NCBI GenBank assembly: GCA_965178125.1
Contig: OZ237739.1
Span: 1,054,001-1,118,000, forward strand
From: Bilabrum cf. latius
Taxonomy: Eukaryota
Reading direction: 5' to 3'
DNA length: 64,000 nt
The position numbers and the translations under genes were made by a program. Under the pieces are notes generated by a model. It saw only the letters and a program-made list of their open reading frames with translations. It had not been told where the DNA came from and ran no database searches. Below, piece after piece: positions 12,883-26,800 of the stretch (the stretch's first letter is position 1; each line of letters begins with the position of its first letter).

Positions 12883-14175
12883 TCATGTTCCGGCGCGGGG
12901 CTTGCTCGCCCCGATAGCTTCCAGACACTGCTCCAGAGAGCCACCATACTTCTTGCATATACTTGATGCAAGCTATGCCAAGCTATGCATACCACGGGCC
13001 AGTGCCTCTTCCTCGACTGCATCGATCGTCCTGTCGATTGCTGCTTCCAGACAAGCGCCATCGGCTTCTGCTGCAGCAGCACCACTGACGGCAGCAGTCT
13101 CCCGCTAGGCACCCTGCCCACCCCGAGCTTTAGTCAGGTCGGATACCTTGCTATGATCCGCGTCATCAGCACCGCTACTTGAGGCTCTGCCGCTCGCCTG
13201 GCCGTCCTGCTGTGCCGCCCGTTCGACCGAGCCATCAGCCGGTGACTGTGCTGGTTTCAGCCCGCCGGGGAGCATTACTGCCCCGGACGATTCGACTGTC
13301 TCTATATCACTTTTTGGGTCCGTACGTAATCGTTTGGCGCTTCCCGCGGCGTCACTGGCTGCGCTGTGCATTCCCCGAGCACCTGCTCCCGGTCTTGCTC
13401 GCTTTTGCCCCGGCCGAGCAGCGCCGTGTGGTGCGCTCGGATTATGGCTTGAGGAGCAGCCGCACTCGCGCTTGGAGCAGCAAGATGAATGAAGCCCCAG
13501 ACCAAGCACTGCACCGCTCGCCTTGCTGTTGCTACTAGTAGTGGGCATGCCGCCCGCTCCGCGGTGCTCGCTCTTGGGCTGCTCGTGTTCCGCCGGCACC
13601 ACCGTGAGCGGGTGGAAGTGTATGCTAGGAGTGTTTGCCACTTCTTCCACTGAAAACGGGCGGTACTCGCTATCAGTTTCTCCTTTTCTTCTGCTCAATA
13701 CGGCTCGACGAACCCTGTCTCTTATTTCCGTGCGCCACCGTAGCCGTGCTGCTTCGGCGTCTAGCATGTCAGCCCCCGCTTCGCCTACAAGATCGCTCTT
13801 GTCTGCGTCTGTGCTATGGCCTTGATTGGTGATTTGTTTAAGCAACCATATTCCCATCAGTACCTCGCCCATGCCCAAGTGCGACCGCGCGAGAGAGAGG
13901 ATCGTATCGGTGCGTGGCATACGAGCTAGAGCGCCCAATGCATGGCCAGCGGAGTCAAACGTTAGGCCAATATTTAGCTCTACTTGCGATAACATGTCCA
14001 ACGACTCCCAGTCCGCACCGTTGGATTGTATGTATCGAATGAATAGCCCCCTTGCATCGTTGAAGCGCCCGGCGTTTGCCGCAGCAACCGCCAGCTTCTT
14101 GACGTCTGTGGCAGTCATCTCGACAGGCTCACCATCATTGCTATTGGCCAGGCCAAACACAGTTGCTGGTTCCAT
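12883..14175 (-). CDS. TPR-containing protein (TTC33-like)
   Basis: N-terminal TPR-like helices (ANAGRFNDARGLF; LSLARSHLGMGEV); continues through two TAGs to TGA at 12885-12883. Confidence 0.55.
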
Positions 14176-14297
14176 ATCGACTGGCGCACACAGTGGACCG
14201 CAGGCGGCTCAGGCCGCCAGTGCGAGGCTCCGAATTGTACAAGAGTAGACGCAGTTTTGCTGAATTTGTCGCAGTATTTGACCGACATCACTCCAGT

Positions 14298-15408
14298 ATG
14301 TCGTAGCGAGCTGCAGTATTTCCCACAAGAATGGCTCTCACGACCTGGGAGGCCAAGGAGAAGGGGGCCGCGAATGGTGAGGCGCCCTGAGTGTTCGTGG
14401 ATCGAAGAGTTGTCGGGCTTGCTGCTTAAAGCGACTCCTAGAATACCGCCCACCACCCTCCCCGCAGGTTATGACTTGCTTAAGAAGAAACGGGATGCTC
14501 TGAAGAAAAGGTTTCACGGTCTCTGCCACGACTTAGCTTCTGTGAGACCAGCTCCAGCCAATCCTGCACCACGCGTTGTGCTTCTTGGTTGCGTACTCTT
14601 TACCCATTTACTGTGATCTTTATGTCTACCAATGCAGAAAAAGACGGCCACTCTGTCCAAGTTGACCGATGCGCACAGATCAATGGATCGGGCCTCTTGG
14701 GCGGTGTCTGATATTCAGCGAAAGTTGATCGGCGCATCGAAATTGTAGCCGGCGATCCGCGCTCGTGTTACCGAATAGAATGTTGCCGGTGTGCGGCTTC
14801 CAATGATGCGTGCTGTTCGCGCCAGCGGAGGCACAGATTGCCGCGCCCTCCTTGGCGGCCTGACTGGTGGAGGCCACGAGGTCTCGGTGGCACAGCGAAA
14901 ATGGCAAGAGGTGGCAGCGGGAGTCATCGAAGTGGCTGGTCTGCAGACCGCATTCGTAGCTCTGGACGAGGCAATGCGTCTCACCAGCAGGCGAGTGAAC
15001 GCCCTCGAAAACGTGCTGCTCCCCCGCATCCGTGCGACCATCTCGTACATCAGGAGTGAGCTGGACGAGATGGAGCGGGAGGAGGTCTACAGAATCAAAA
15101 AGGTGCTAGAGGTCAAGGCCAAGCACAAGGCGGCAGAGGATGCGGCCACCAAGAAAACAATGGCGGCCATCGCTGCCTCTGAATCGAAGGAATCGGGCGG
15201 CAGCGGGGCGGCCGCTGGAGGGTCGTACTCAGGGGGGGCTGGGGCCGCCAAGCCGAGAAGTACCACCGCGCGAGTGCCCGGCGGGGTGGTTGCAACCGGC
15301 GGGGGCGACGCCGGTGGAATTCTATCAGGGGGTGTTGACTCAGCCCATTCCGTAGCGGAGCGGGTGCTTGCCGGCTTGGACGCGTCGCAAAAGAGACGAG
15401 GGAAATGA
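14298..15408 (+). CDS. ATP6V1D: V-type ATPase subunit D; join(14298..14376,14468..14541,14638..15408)
   Basis: MS*RAAVFPTRMAL, GYDLLKKKRDAL, E*NVAGVRLP, LTSRRVNALENVLLPRI, ISYIRSELDEMEREE; TAG at 14304, 14746, 14776; ends TGA. Confidence 0.92.
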
Positions 15409-15530
15409 CGCGCAAATCGGAATTATGCTTGCCAATGAACTCAAAAGCAGTTGGACATCGTAGCAGTACTCAGATGAGATGCAATCAGAATCACTGCACT
15501 GCGGCAGACCAGCTAGCATCCGAGTTGCTA

Positions 15531-18500
15531 TCACATGGGCCCGCCGCCCAGCTCACGCGAGGCTCCTGCCAGCAGGTCAGCAAGCGCCGCGCCCTCCCCC
15601 GACGAATCAAGCACAGCGGCAGCTGACGCGAACGGCCGGCCGCCCCGCCGCGCCATCCCCTTGCCAGCCCGCGACGCCTCCACGGCGGGTCTGCTGGATG
15701 CGTACCCTGCGTGTCGCAGCGCTGCACCGCACTCGTCCACCACCCCGACCAGCACGTCCTCACACGAGGCCACCCATGCACCATGAGCATCAGAAGGCAT
15801 GGTCTGGGTGGCGGCGAGCACACGGAGGGCGTAGCATCGCAGCATGCGGGCAAAGTCCACCGCGCCCGCTCCGGTCACCATGCCCTGTCCCTGCCACACG
15901 CACGCCTGTAGCACCCGGCACAGCCCCAGCGCCCTGCACGTGGCAACCGCAGGAAGCAGCACGCTCTCATGCGTGCCCTCACAAACGAGCGGCTCGCTTA
16001 GCCACGACGCGCCCACCGCCCCCTCATCATCCCCACCGCCATCACCACCCGACCGAAGCTCGGCAACACAGGCAGCGGCCGCTATGGCCTCCTCCGCTCT
16101 GACAGCAGGCGTGCTCACCACTGGTGCAGCGGACGGCAAGGGGCTGTCCCCGCGGGGACTGGTCCCCGCCCCAGGCGATGCCTATACAGACTGCTTACCT
16201 CCCGCGTGCCTCCACGGAGCCGCATCCGGCGAGGCAGGCGCCTGCGCCGCGGGGTGCCAGCTAGGCAGTCTCGTCACCGGCCTGCACCCCATGACCCTCC
16301 TCACCCCGAGCAGGAGCCTCGCTGGGGTCCAGCCCTCGAGATCTGCGTTGCTCTCCGGCAGGGATCGCCGCGGTGCCTGCTGCCCTTGGGAGTCACCGCC
16401 CTCGGGGACGGTCTGGCCCGGCCTGATCCTGGCAGCGAGCCCTGCCATCAGCGGCCCTACCCTGGATGCTTGCCTGGACCTCCCACGCTTGAGCCAGGCG
16501 CCCACGCCCCCGTGCACCGCCTCCGCCTCTGCAGCGTCTAGCAGAAGCACCTGCGGCAAGATGGCACCGTCGAGGAGCCTGCCCGCGAGGCCAGCGGCCT
16601 CCTCGGCGGCATGCAGCGTCACTGCCTCCAGCATGCGACCCCTCCCCGCGGGGTCCTCGTCTGTGTACGCCGGCTGGAACGCGCCCGGGATTGCGAGGAG
16701 TGCCTGTGCCTCGGAGACGCACGCCAGCAGGCACCGGCACACAGCCGCCGACTGCCCCCCGTGGCATGCCCTAGCGCAGTGCCACGCACCAGACCTGGTG
16801 GCCAGCAGCCTTCGCGCAGCCGCAAGCGGCATCCATGGCTCTGGCACCGAGGCGGCCAGTGGAACTTCCTGGTGTCCCGACAGGACTGGACTCGCTAGCA
16901 TCCCTTTGGTGCTGGCGTACAGCTTTGGCTGCTCGAATCGATCTGGGATGCACCTGTCAAGCACTTCGCGCGCGTCCCGGATCCACAGGGCGCGAGACAC
17001 GTCCTGCTGAGCCGCGATGTGCTCGGCCTGGCTCCCATGGCCCGACGCGGGCGAGAAACTGGGGAGAACTGCCCTGGGTATGGTCCCGGTGGACGCTCGA
17101 GTGGGACCGCAAGGGGCTGCGAGGGCTGCGCGCATCAGCACCGCCACAGCCCAAGGCCACTGTCCATCCGCCTCTAGCTGTGCAGCGAACCCACGCACGG
17201 TGCTGCAAGCTGCCCGCCGTGCCGCCCCGTGCATCAGAGAGTGCCTCGCAATCGATTCGTTCGTGCTCTGCGCCAGCTGGATCCCGCGATACCTGCCATC
17301 GTCGCCGTCTTCCTCGTCTTCATCCTCGTCTTCGAAGCTTGGCTCAGCCCCGCGAGCTGCATCCATCGCCTCCTCATACCCGGTCACGTGCCCGCTGCTC
17401 AAGAGGGTCCACAGAACGAGAAAGGACAGCCGGCAGTCTGCTGGGTCTGGCGTGCTTCCAGAAGGCCGCAGGACGTTAGCCAGGTGCACGGGTGCCAGCC
17501 CAGCCTGGGGTCCTCTGCCTGGTGCTCGCGGCGTGGATGCCATGCGCAGCAAGGCCCAGCAGGCGTCCGCGTGCGCGGACAGGGACCAGTCCACCGCTGC
17601 ACCCGAATCCCTGCCGGACGCAGCACCGCCCGAGCCAGAGACCCACCTCTCTCTCGCCTTTTCTACCGCATCACCTGGGTTGGGCAGAGCCACTGCACCG
17701 CCAGCACCGGCGCCCTCGCTGCCATCTTCGGACGGCTCGCTCATTCCTATCGCCTCGATCTCAGGGGCCGTCAGTGGGCCATCGGCTCGCTCGAGCCACC
17801 ACGGCTGGGGGTGCGTGGCTGCGCCCTCGCGCACTACGCAGGCGTACGCTCGCACAGCGGCGTCGACAGTAAGCTCTCCTAGAGGCCTCGAGTCTTGCGA
17901 TTGCCCCGCGTCGCCGCTACCCGCTGCAGCCCCAGAGGCATGCCCGTCGGAGTCGCCGAACAGCCCGCCGGCGCTGCTCCCGTGGACGAGCCACTGCCCC
18001 GCTACTGCAAGCAGGGCCACTGGCCATGATCTCGCCTGCATGGCACACTCAGGCGCCTCGATCGAGCCGCTCGCGAGGGCCAGGGCCGCGCGCCCCGCCC
18101 CGCCCGGGCCAAGCAGCCTCTTCGCTCGCTTCCCCGCCGGCGAATCTCCATCGGCTGGGATACCCATCTCCATCCAGCCGTCTGCCGCGCTGGCCTCGCT
18201 CCCTACAGCGGCAGACGAGGGCCCGCCGAAGCTGTCGTCGAAGGCGGACGACCCCAGCCCTAGCCCTGCCCCTAGCTGCTGCCTCCTCACCCAGCGAGCC
18301 ACCCGACGAGCCGCTCGCGCGCTGCCGCTGGACGCAGTCGCGACCGCAACGCTCAGCCACGGTAGCCCCGCTCTCTCCGCGGCAGCCGCACAGCCTTCCC
18401 AGTCCCCTGCCAGAGCCGCCCTCCTGATCCCGCTGGCCAGCGCATCGTCCTCCGCCTCAGCATCCAGCGCGTCCAGCACACCCTGCGCAGCGCCGCCGTC

Positions 18501-19586
18501 CCCAGGCAGCCTCCTCACGTGCACTCCTTGCGCTACGTGCCTCCTCGCCGCGGCCCTGAGCCACTCCAAAAGCGCCTGTCGGCGCCAGGCCGCAGCGGCT
18601 GACGTGTCCCGGGCCCCGACCTTGTCGGGCGCGGGGCCCACCAGTGCAGTAAGAAGCGAGATGAGCTCAGCGGCATGCCGCGCGCTGCCCGGAAGGAACC
18701 AGGACGAGGGCGCGGAGAGCGGATTGGCAGCTTCTCGGCCTCTGATCTGCAACCCACGCAGTCCTCGGTGGACCGCTGGCCCCGGCTAGGCCAGTTGGTG
18801 TGCCCTCTGCAGCCGCCTGTCCTCCGCAGCGTCCGCAGAGGCAGAGGCGGCCTGCTCCTCCGCCTACTGGCCCGCCGCCCGGAGGAGTGCCTCACCACCG
18901 TCCCCCGCCGCACCATACCTCCCCCAAGCCAGCAGCAGCGGCCTCGTGAATCGAGCACGCTGCGAGGACAGGGCAGCTCTAGAGGCAGGGCCTCCTGCCG
19001 CCGGCAATCCCACCCCCGATTCTCCACGAAACAGCCCACCGGCTGGCACGACGCGTTCGACGTGCACGCAATGGGCCGCCGAGAGGGCTGGATCCGCCGT
19101 GCTCTGGCAAGGGACTGTCTGCAGCTGGGACGAAGTCTGTTGCTGCTGCTGCCTCCTTGAGTGAGAACTGCGAGTGAAGCTGTGGTTTCCCTTGTTCTCA
19201 TTTACATGAACCCTCACCCCGCTGGATGGGGCACCCGAATGAGCGAACAGGCCGCCGGCGGTCCACCCTACGCGGAAGCGTCTCCGTTGGGCAACGTCTG
19301 GCATCTCGAACGGAGCGATGCGGGTCGAGTTCGGGCCAGAAGGCGTCGAAGCCACACCCTAGCTCTGCATATGGGCTGCATAACTAGCTGCTCCCATCGC
19401 GATCACCGCCTCGCTCGGAGACGCGCCGTGTCCCAGGCCAGGCAAAGAGGGAGCCATAATCGTCTCGGCTGCGATTCTGTCTTCGATGTTCACGGAATTG
19501 CGCTCTTCGTCGGAACGTGATGCGGCCTGAGCTCGCAAAGCAGCTGCTTCGTGAGCATCTGCAAGCTCCGCACCTGCATCAGACAT
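15531..19586 (-). CDS. NUP96: Nucleoporin Nup96-like, separately encoded, ~1351 aa
   Basis: RRFRVGWTAGGLFAHSG and FAAQLEADGQWPWAVAVL match Nup96 motifs (RSFRVGWGP; QLESxGLWxWAIFVL); four TAGs (19359, 18864, 18786, 16182); ends TGA. Confidence 0.75.
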
Positions 19587-20040
19587 GGCTAGCCGAGGCA
19601 GCACCCGGGGCACTTCCGAGCCTGGCGGGTGTAGCTGCTACAGCCAAAACTGGCGCGGCTCTTGCGAAGAGCACATCATTTTCGTTTCATACAAGAATGA
19701 CTTTCGCTGGGACCGAGCATCTCTACCTGCGCTACTTGCACTAGCGGTGGGGGGCTGCCTTGGTCGGATCGGAGCTGATGAGCGCAAAGGCCTTGGTTCA
19801 GAAGAAGCCAGCGCTCTCGCAATAAGAGGCTCCGGCGGGCTGAGTAAATCTTGTATGTGCGCATCATCCGATGCTTGCATGCTGCGCACCCCTCGTGTGA
19901 ATACTCAATCGGGCGTTTGAAGCGAAATGTGGTTTGTGTAATTTCACTCGCAACAAAAAGATTGGGCGCAGATTGGTGAGTTTGGGATTGGTTTGCAACG
20001 TGCCAGTGACACTGCTATGCACTGCCTCAATGAGTAAAGT

Positions 20041-21447
20041 TCACTCGTGGATCAGCCTGACTCGAACCTTCCGTGCTAGCTGCACGTGTGGCACAAGAGG
20101 AACAGAGGGGCCCGCGCCACCGCGCCACTGATCCTCTCTCTCCTTCGCCTCGGCCTCCTCCTCCTCTTGCTTGCTCTCTTCTGCGGCGGATCCTGCGCGT
20201 CCCTGTGGCCTAGCCCGGGCTGTGGTCCCAAGCTCGATTTCTTCAAAGGTCAGCAAGCTGCCTGGCTGCAGCTCGAGGGACCGCACCGTGTCGCTGTCCT
20301 GTGCGGGCTTGCCCCCTTTGCACAGAACCCTCACTCGATCGGCGGGGAGCGCCAAATGACCGCGCCTCTCCATGTATCGCTTGACGTCCAACATTGTAAT
20401 CCCTGGTGCCGCATTCGCCGAAACGCGGCTTCCGTCTGCAGCTTGCAGAAGCACCGGAATAATATGTGAGGCAGGCCCCTTTGGCTTGCTCTCGCTGTGC
20501 CGCCCACTTGTGCTGCTGCTGCTGCCGTTGCTGCTTCGGTCACCTCGTGTGTGGTCATGGGCCCGAGCTCGCGCTTCTGCGTGCATGGCAAGTGCACGGG
20601 CTTGCAACTCCGCGGCTCGAGCCTCTGCCTCCACTGCTCTTGCATGTGATTCAGCCGCCCTCTGGCTGGCTGCTGCCTCTGCCGCCCTGGCTTCCGCAAC
20701 AGCTGCGCTAGTCCTATCCCAGCCCGATATCGCCCGCGCCAAAGCATCTGTACCCCTAGCACTCGCTCTTCCAGGCCCAAAGCTGCTATACCTGGATCTG
20801 TACCTGCTTGCGTAGGCTGGACACTACCTGGACTCTGCTCCTTCGGTGCTGGTTCTTGGTGCAGCAGATCGAGAAGAGCTTTCGCCAGCCCGGGCCGATC
20901 CAGATCCGCCGGCGACACGGCTTGCGCCTTCTGCAGCATCTGGAGCATCTGGAGCATCTGGAGCTGCCTCTGCCCCCTCTTCGTCTGACGAGTCGGCCTC
21001 GCTTGCATTGTCTGCTGCTTCTGCCCCGTCATCACCCGAGTATGGTGGGCCGTCCTCGCCAACCTGATCCCAAATTGGGGGCTCCCCTCCCATGCAAATT
21101 GGAATTTCATCCGATGGAATCGCGGTTACGGTTGCACCTACTTCGATCCCCGCGAGTGGGAAGAACGACGGCCATCTTTGCCCGTCCATGACCAAACTGA
21201 TGTTGCAGTCACGGCGGATGGACCTCTGCGACCAAGAATCCTAGCAGGTGAGCGAACTTGAATAAATATCTCTCTCGCTTGGGAAAGCTTGCGGATAGCA
21301 CGACTCTGCACTGATCATTCCAGGTGGCAATTGCGGCCTCACCGATAGAGCACGTACCAGCCCCCCAACGGTGCCTTCTGCAGGGTACTCAAAGCAAAAG
21401 CGCGATCCAAACATGCATTTGATAGCAAAGTACCTCGTGCTTGCCAT
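20041..21447 (-). CDS. Third, divergent double-UBL paralog without the Cys-rich domain
   Basis: 105-nt exon 1 (MASTRYFAIKCMFGSRFCFEY..) with intron 21342-21241 at the same position as in copies A/B; shared W-D-x-[IV]-GEDGP motif; TAG at 20826-20824; second UBL (RVRVLCKGGKPAQDSDTVRSLEL); ends TGA. Confidence 0.75.
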
Positions 21448-21679
21448 TCTAAATGAATTGTTTGCTTCGCAGTGAAGTTGTACTGTGCTACAAGTGGTGT
21501 CCAGACGCACCGCATGATTGTCCAGGCTCCGAATTGATCCATGGATTCATCGTAGTGCCGTGGGTGGAGAATGCGGTCCCCGTTTCAGAGGCCCCTGTTG
21601 CTCGGAGATGGTGCAACGCTCCTGAGGAGCCATATGAAAGTCGCAAAAAAAAAAGAGCAAAACAATAGGAGCTTTGGAT

Positions 21680-23635
21680 TCAAGCAGCCGCAGAAATCAT
21701 GAGCCTCCCTACGAACACGCCGACGATGGGCACCCCACAGTCCATCAGGGCGGCCTGCACATCGACCACAGATAGCAGGCTCGATGAGCCCGCAGCCCAG
21801 GCATACGCCGCCACTGCCGCAATTCGCACGGCAAAGCAGACTGCAGAGCCGAGCAGCACTGACTGGATGCCGTGCTCTCGGACGAAGTACGACTGCCAAA
21901 TGTCTGCGAACATTCGATCCCACCAGCGACGAACCCGAGCCGCGATATCCCTATGCAGCCCCGTCCACCCCACCCACATCGCTACACCGAGTATGCACAG
22001 CCCCAATAGCATCAGCTATGTTGACTGCATCAGCTCGGGCTGGAGGCTGAAGACCCACCACACCCCGAAAGTGCCCCAGCGCCACAGCAAAGCAACAACA
22101 TGAAGCATGGCGCAGGCCACCGCGAAAAGAAACTTGCGCTGGCAGATGAATGAAGCAATCACAACCCAGCCCGCTAATATGCCCGCAAGTAGTGCACGCA
22201 GTGTGCCGATGGCTCCTGTCCCGGCACCTCTCCTGCTTCGCTCGGCTATCGTGAACGCCAGGGCTGCGAAGCTGAACCACAGCCCTACCTGCCAGCATGA
22301 AGTCATGAGCGCAGTATACAGGTCAGCGAGTCCCTCGAACCCCTGGTGCGATACTTCCACGGACCCGATCCCATTCTGCATGCTGCTTGCGCTGGCGCCC
22401 ATAGCGGTGTTGCCGCCCCACATGGCCATGCAGAACGTTGCGAAAGCAGTCCCGATCTGCGCTAACGCTGTCCATAAGATAGATAGAGTTCTGATGCCCA
22501 CTATCATCTCTAGGATCTCCTGAAGCAGAACAGATTCTCGGGACCAATTCGGCTTGCGAGGCCACTTGATGGGCACTTGCTTGGCAAGCTTTTTCCGGTT
22601 TAGTCTCCGAAGCACCCATCTAGCGGGACGAAATCCAAGTGACAGTACCACGGCAGCTTGATACGCTAGCCAGTTGAATATATCCTCGCAAAACGGAAGG
22701 TCGCTGAGCTTGGGCAGCCGGCACTTGGAGAGGACGGCAGATGCCCCAGCGAGCAGAAACATTGGCGCGAGACCAGTCGCCATGCCCAGAGAGCAACCAA
22801 TTGCCAGCGATATCGCGAAAGGGATCAGTGGAATGCTTAACCATCCAGCTGTATATGCGCAGGCCGCTCTGGCGAACCTTCGATACGGCTTCGAGTGGGA
22901 TTGAAACTGCTTGCACGCAAACGCCTCCGGGCTATCGTCGGTTTGATAGTGCTCCGTGATGCAGTGATCTATCTCCAGGCCACATTCCCAGCAGAACTCG
23001 CATCCGCACGGGCACGTCATGTGGTTGCAGCCGGCACTGCGGTTGACCAATGCCCCGCAGTGATGGCACTCGATTGCCTGCTCTCGCGCACGGCGCTCGC
23101 TCGCTTTGTCCGCTTCGCTCACGTGGTTCATGTAGGCAGCACAGCTAATCTCGTCAGGGTTGTGTGCACAGCCATGGATTCGGCAGCTGACTTTATCGCA
23201 GCTGTCGCATCGAATCGCGGTCTCTGCTGCACTGGGCAATCGCACCAACTCGTCGCACCAGGGACACGCCGTCGAAGAGCCTTCCTGTATCTTTTTTGTG
23301 CGGTGATACAGGCTCCATAACGACTCGCCAGTGGCATCAGAGTCATCTTCTCCCTCCTGCTGCCAGCTTCGCACGGAATCGCTTAAGTGGCGAATTAACG
23401 TTTCGTCCACCTTCCCAGCGCACGGCGAGTCTACTGCTGCCCCAGGGCAATCGATCTCTTTTATAGGTTTCCGATCCAGCAAATGCTGGCGAACGTAGCC
23501 CGATGTACAGCGTTTGCATACTGCATGGCTACCGTTCGAGCATCCGGCGGCGAAACATCTGCTATGGGCTCCACTCGCACTGTCCAGCTCTGAAAAGCAT
23601 ATAGTGCACAACTCAATAGCTACTGATTTTGGCAT
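21680..23635 (-). CDS. RBR (RING1-IBR-RING2) E3 ubiquitin ligase with multi-pass membrane C-terminus
   Basis: CTICFSEL..HAVCKRC..CPG; CPWCD..CDSC; CHHCGALVNRSAGCNHMTCPCGCEFCWEC; many hydrophobic helices; TAG at 22018-22016; ends TGA. Confidence 0.85.
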
Positions 23636-23841
23636 GATAGCGCCAATATATACTCGATAAGTTCTATTGATGTAAATTTGTGTTTCGTAAATTTGTGCCA
23701 ACTGCCGTTCTCGGAACTTGCAAGGAACCTTCCGGAGTCCGCAAAGAACCCCAACGAGCTTACGTGTTAACGGCCTATCCAGACTTGCTTTGCCGTACTC
23801 GTACCTTTCAAATTCAGACGCGCTGGGTGACCAAGCCACTT

Positions 23842-26800
23842 TCAGATGCTGTCAAGGCCTGAAATCCAAGGGTCGGCCCTGCACGCCTGCTTGATCCCAG
23901 CCAAGTCCAGCCCCCCAGCATGAAGCACCTGCCGCAGGAATGCCAAATCGCGGCCGCGCCCAAGCCCCTGCTCGTCTCCACCCAGCCTCTAGCCCGAAGC
24001 ATACGCCTCTGCATCATCATGATGAAACGTGCTACCTCCTGCATCCATGCCAAGACTACATGCCGTCGACAAGTTGAGCCTCTCTGGTTGGAGGCGAGCA
24101 GATGCTGCGGTCTGCACCCCACCGCAGCCTTCCCTTCCGTCACCCATGCAAGCCCCGCCAGGCACAGCGGCAACCACGTCTACGTGAATATCGTCTGTTT
24201 CGAGGCAGGAGGCCTGACAGGACGCCACCAGGACCTCACCAACTATGTCAAGCCCCTCAAGACTTGGAGGGAGCAGATGCCCGGCCAGATGCGCCAGGAG
24301 GATCTCGGCTCTCCTTGCCCGCATCCAGAACGACACCTGAGAGCGCCCCAAGGTGCACGCAGGGGCGGGTTTGGAAGACGGCAGCCACGTTTCATTCGTT
24401 GAATCAGGCCAGGCTGCCATCTGCGGGCCCAGCAGGTCGTTCGCAGAGGCTAGCAGCGATTCGTGCTGCTGCAGCACGGACCCGTAGGCCTACAGCTTCA
24501 ACTGGTGCCTCGGCCGCACATGTGCATGCAAGAACGGACCATCAGTGCGCTCGGTATCGTCCAAATCCTATGCGGTGTCTCTCGGCTGCAGTGCAGCTCG
24601 GCGAATGGCCCGCCGTATGCGGCCAGCGACGGCCTTCCCTCGTGGTGCGATGCTGCCCTCGCACAGATCCGCCAGCTCGATCGAGAGCTGCGATCCTAGC
24701 AGGCACTTAAGCGCGGGCCCAGAGGCATCGATTACCTGCGTCGTCGTCTAGTGGAGCTGGTGGTTGGTGCTGCTGCGGATTCGGCCAGCCATGACCCGTT
24801 CCAGCTCCACCAGCAAGTTGGTTTCCTGCTCGGTGAACCTCTCGATGGCATCCGTTCCATGTATTCGAATCAGCTCGGCCCGGAGAAGCACGCAGCCTGC
24901 AGCAATCGCTGTGACGCAGATCAATGCCACGATGGCGAAAGCAGCCAGCAGCCTCCAAGAGGTTGGATGTGCTGGAATCATCTGAAAGCTACCCAGCACC
25001 ATCGTCGGAACACGGTAGCGAGTCCCGGCGAGCATGAGCAATGCAACAGCATGCGCACCCGCAAGGACCAGTAGGGAAACGTCTGGTGAGTTCGTGTCAA
25101 GGCTCGCTAGCGAGCTCATCTTGACGGAATTCAGAATCTGTGCCCCAGACACGACCCCGAAGGCAACCAAGAACCCGTAGTGGGCGTCGTTGCCCAGGAC
25201 CGCCGATGCTTCGGCCAGGCAGAACGAACCGAGAAGCAGAAATAGATGCAGAAACGGCCAGCAAGCTTGCATCGTGATGAGCCTGCCAAGCTTCGTTGCT
25301 TTGGGCTGGATCCACTGGTCGTACTCGTTGTGCAGACAGAGGACTTCGCGGATAGGATCGAGAAATCGCCAAAAGGCTCCCAATCGCAAGGCCACCCACC
25401 CGCAGAGGACGAAGCACGCACACGCCAGAACCAGTAGCCATGCTGTCCGTGCCCATCCTCCTTGAAGCAAGTATGGAGCAGCACAGTGCAAGCTAAACTG
25501 CAGAGCAGCGAGAGGCGCTAGCAGTCCTTGCACGAATTCCCACCGAGCACGAATCCACACGCGCTCGCGGCTAGTGCTCGCGCGCACATCAAATTCTTGC
25601 TGAAGCTCAGACGGTAGTGCGGGGTACATGGAATCTGGCGGCAGGCTGCAGAGCGCCTCGATAGCAGCCCGCCTTGACTCAGTCCACCCGGCGCACAGGC
25701 ACCGGCATCGCGTCTTGCCCCGATTGATCTGCTCAGCGACGCAGCACGACCACGGCATCGAGCCGAATAGCACAAGAACCAAAGCAAGCAAGCGGACATA
25801 GAACATCCACCCGTGCTTGTCAAGCACCATAGATGATTCGACGCCGATCAGGCCGCCGAGCTTCTCTGAAGATAGTCCGGAGGCATACGAGAGCAATGGC
25901 ATGCCGCAGTGCGCCGAGCTGTTGGCAAGGGCATCGTACAATGTAGTCGTTTCGTTGGGGTGTACCTCGGAAGCCGCTCGGTCCATGAGTGTGCCCCAAC
26001 CTCCCTCTACGTCTGGTGGTGGGTGCATCTAGAGGCAGATTGGGTACAGCTCGTGTAGAGTCCCGTGCCACGTCCCCCACAACAGCAGGACAGCTGGCAG
26101 CAGAACACGCATTGTCACATGCAGTACCACCTATGCACAACCAGTAATAGGGGGAGGCAATGAAACTTCTTCTCCAATAGAGCCTTGGACCGCTCGTACA
26201 CGATGATTGATGTTTCTTGCCGCTTTAGCTAGCAGCCATCGCAATTTCTCCCTGTGCTCGTGGGCTTGGCACCACCTGACAGCCTAACACATGACTGGGA
26301 GGCTGGAAATACCCCGGGGCATCTAGCTTCCACCTTGCGCGATGGTTTCCGGGCAGGCTTCTGTGCTCCTTGGCTCGATAGTGTCACCCGATTCTTCGAT
26401 TGATCTAGTCCGTGGTGTAGACGGGGCGCTCCACCAGCGAGAGTCTGGCGACACAGAATTGTTTCGACCCAGGCCAGTTGACCCACGTGGATCCATTGAA
26501 GTTGGCTGTTGGCAAACACCTTCGTGTTTTCTGTTATGTTGCGTCTACCGTCGCCTAGCGGTCGGGTGGACGCGGTCAGAGCTGCCAATCAGCACTGCGT
26601 CCTGCCTCGTAGGCAGATCTACGACTGTGGCTGGCTAGGCCGAAGAGCCCGGCGATTCCGGCGTTGCAAACGTCTCCCGCATACGCGCAGCGACAGAACC
26701 GCGGGAAAAAGCCTCTCCCTTGGTCGCGCAAGCAGCCTGCTCCATCTCGTCAGCACGATCGATCTTGGCAGCAGGCGGGCACGCGGGCAAATTCGACAGC

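Noticed and set aside
17017-18789. Long antisense ORFs (also 10925-12427, 31142-32350, 53563-55320)
   Set aside because: These are shadow ORFs expected opposite GC-rich coding sequence and show no recognisable domains.
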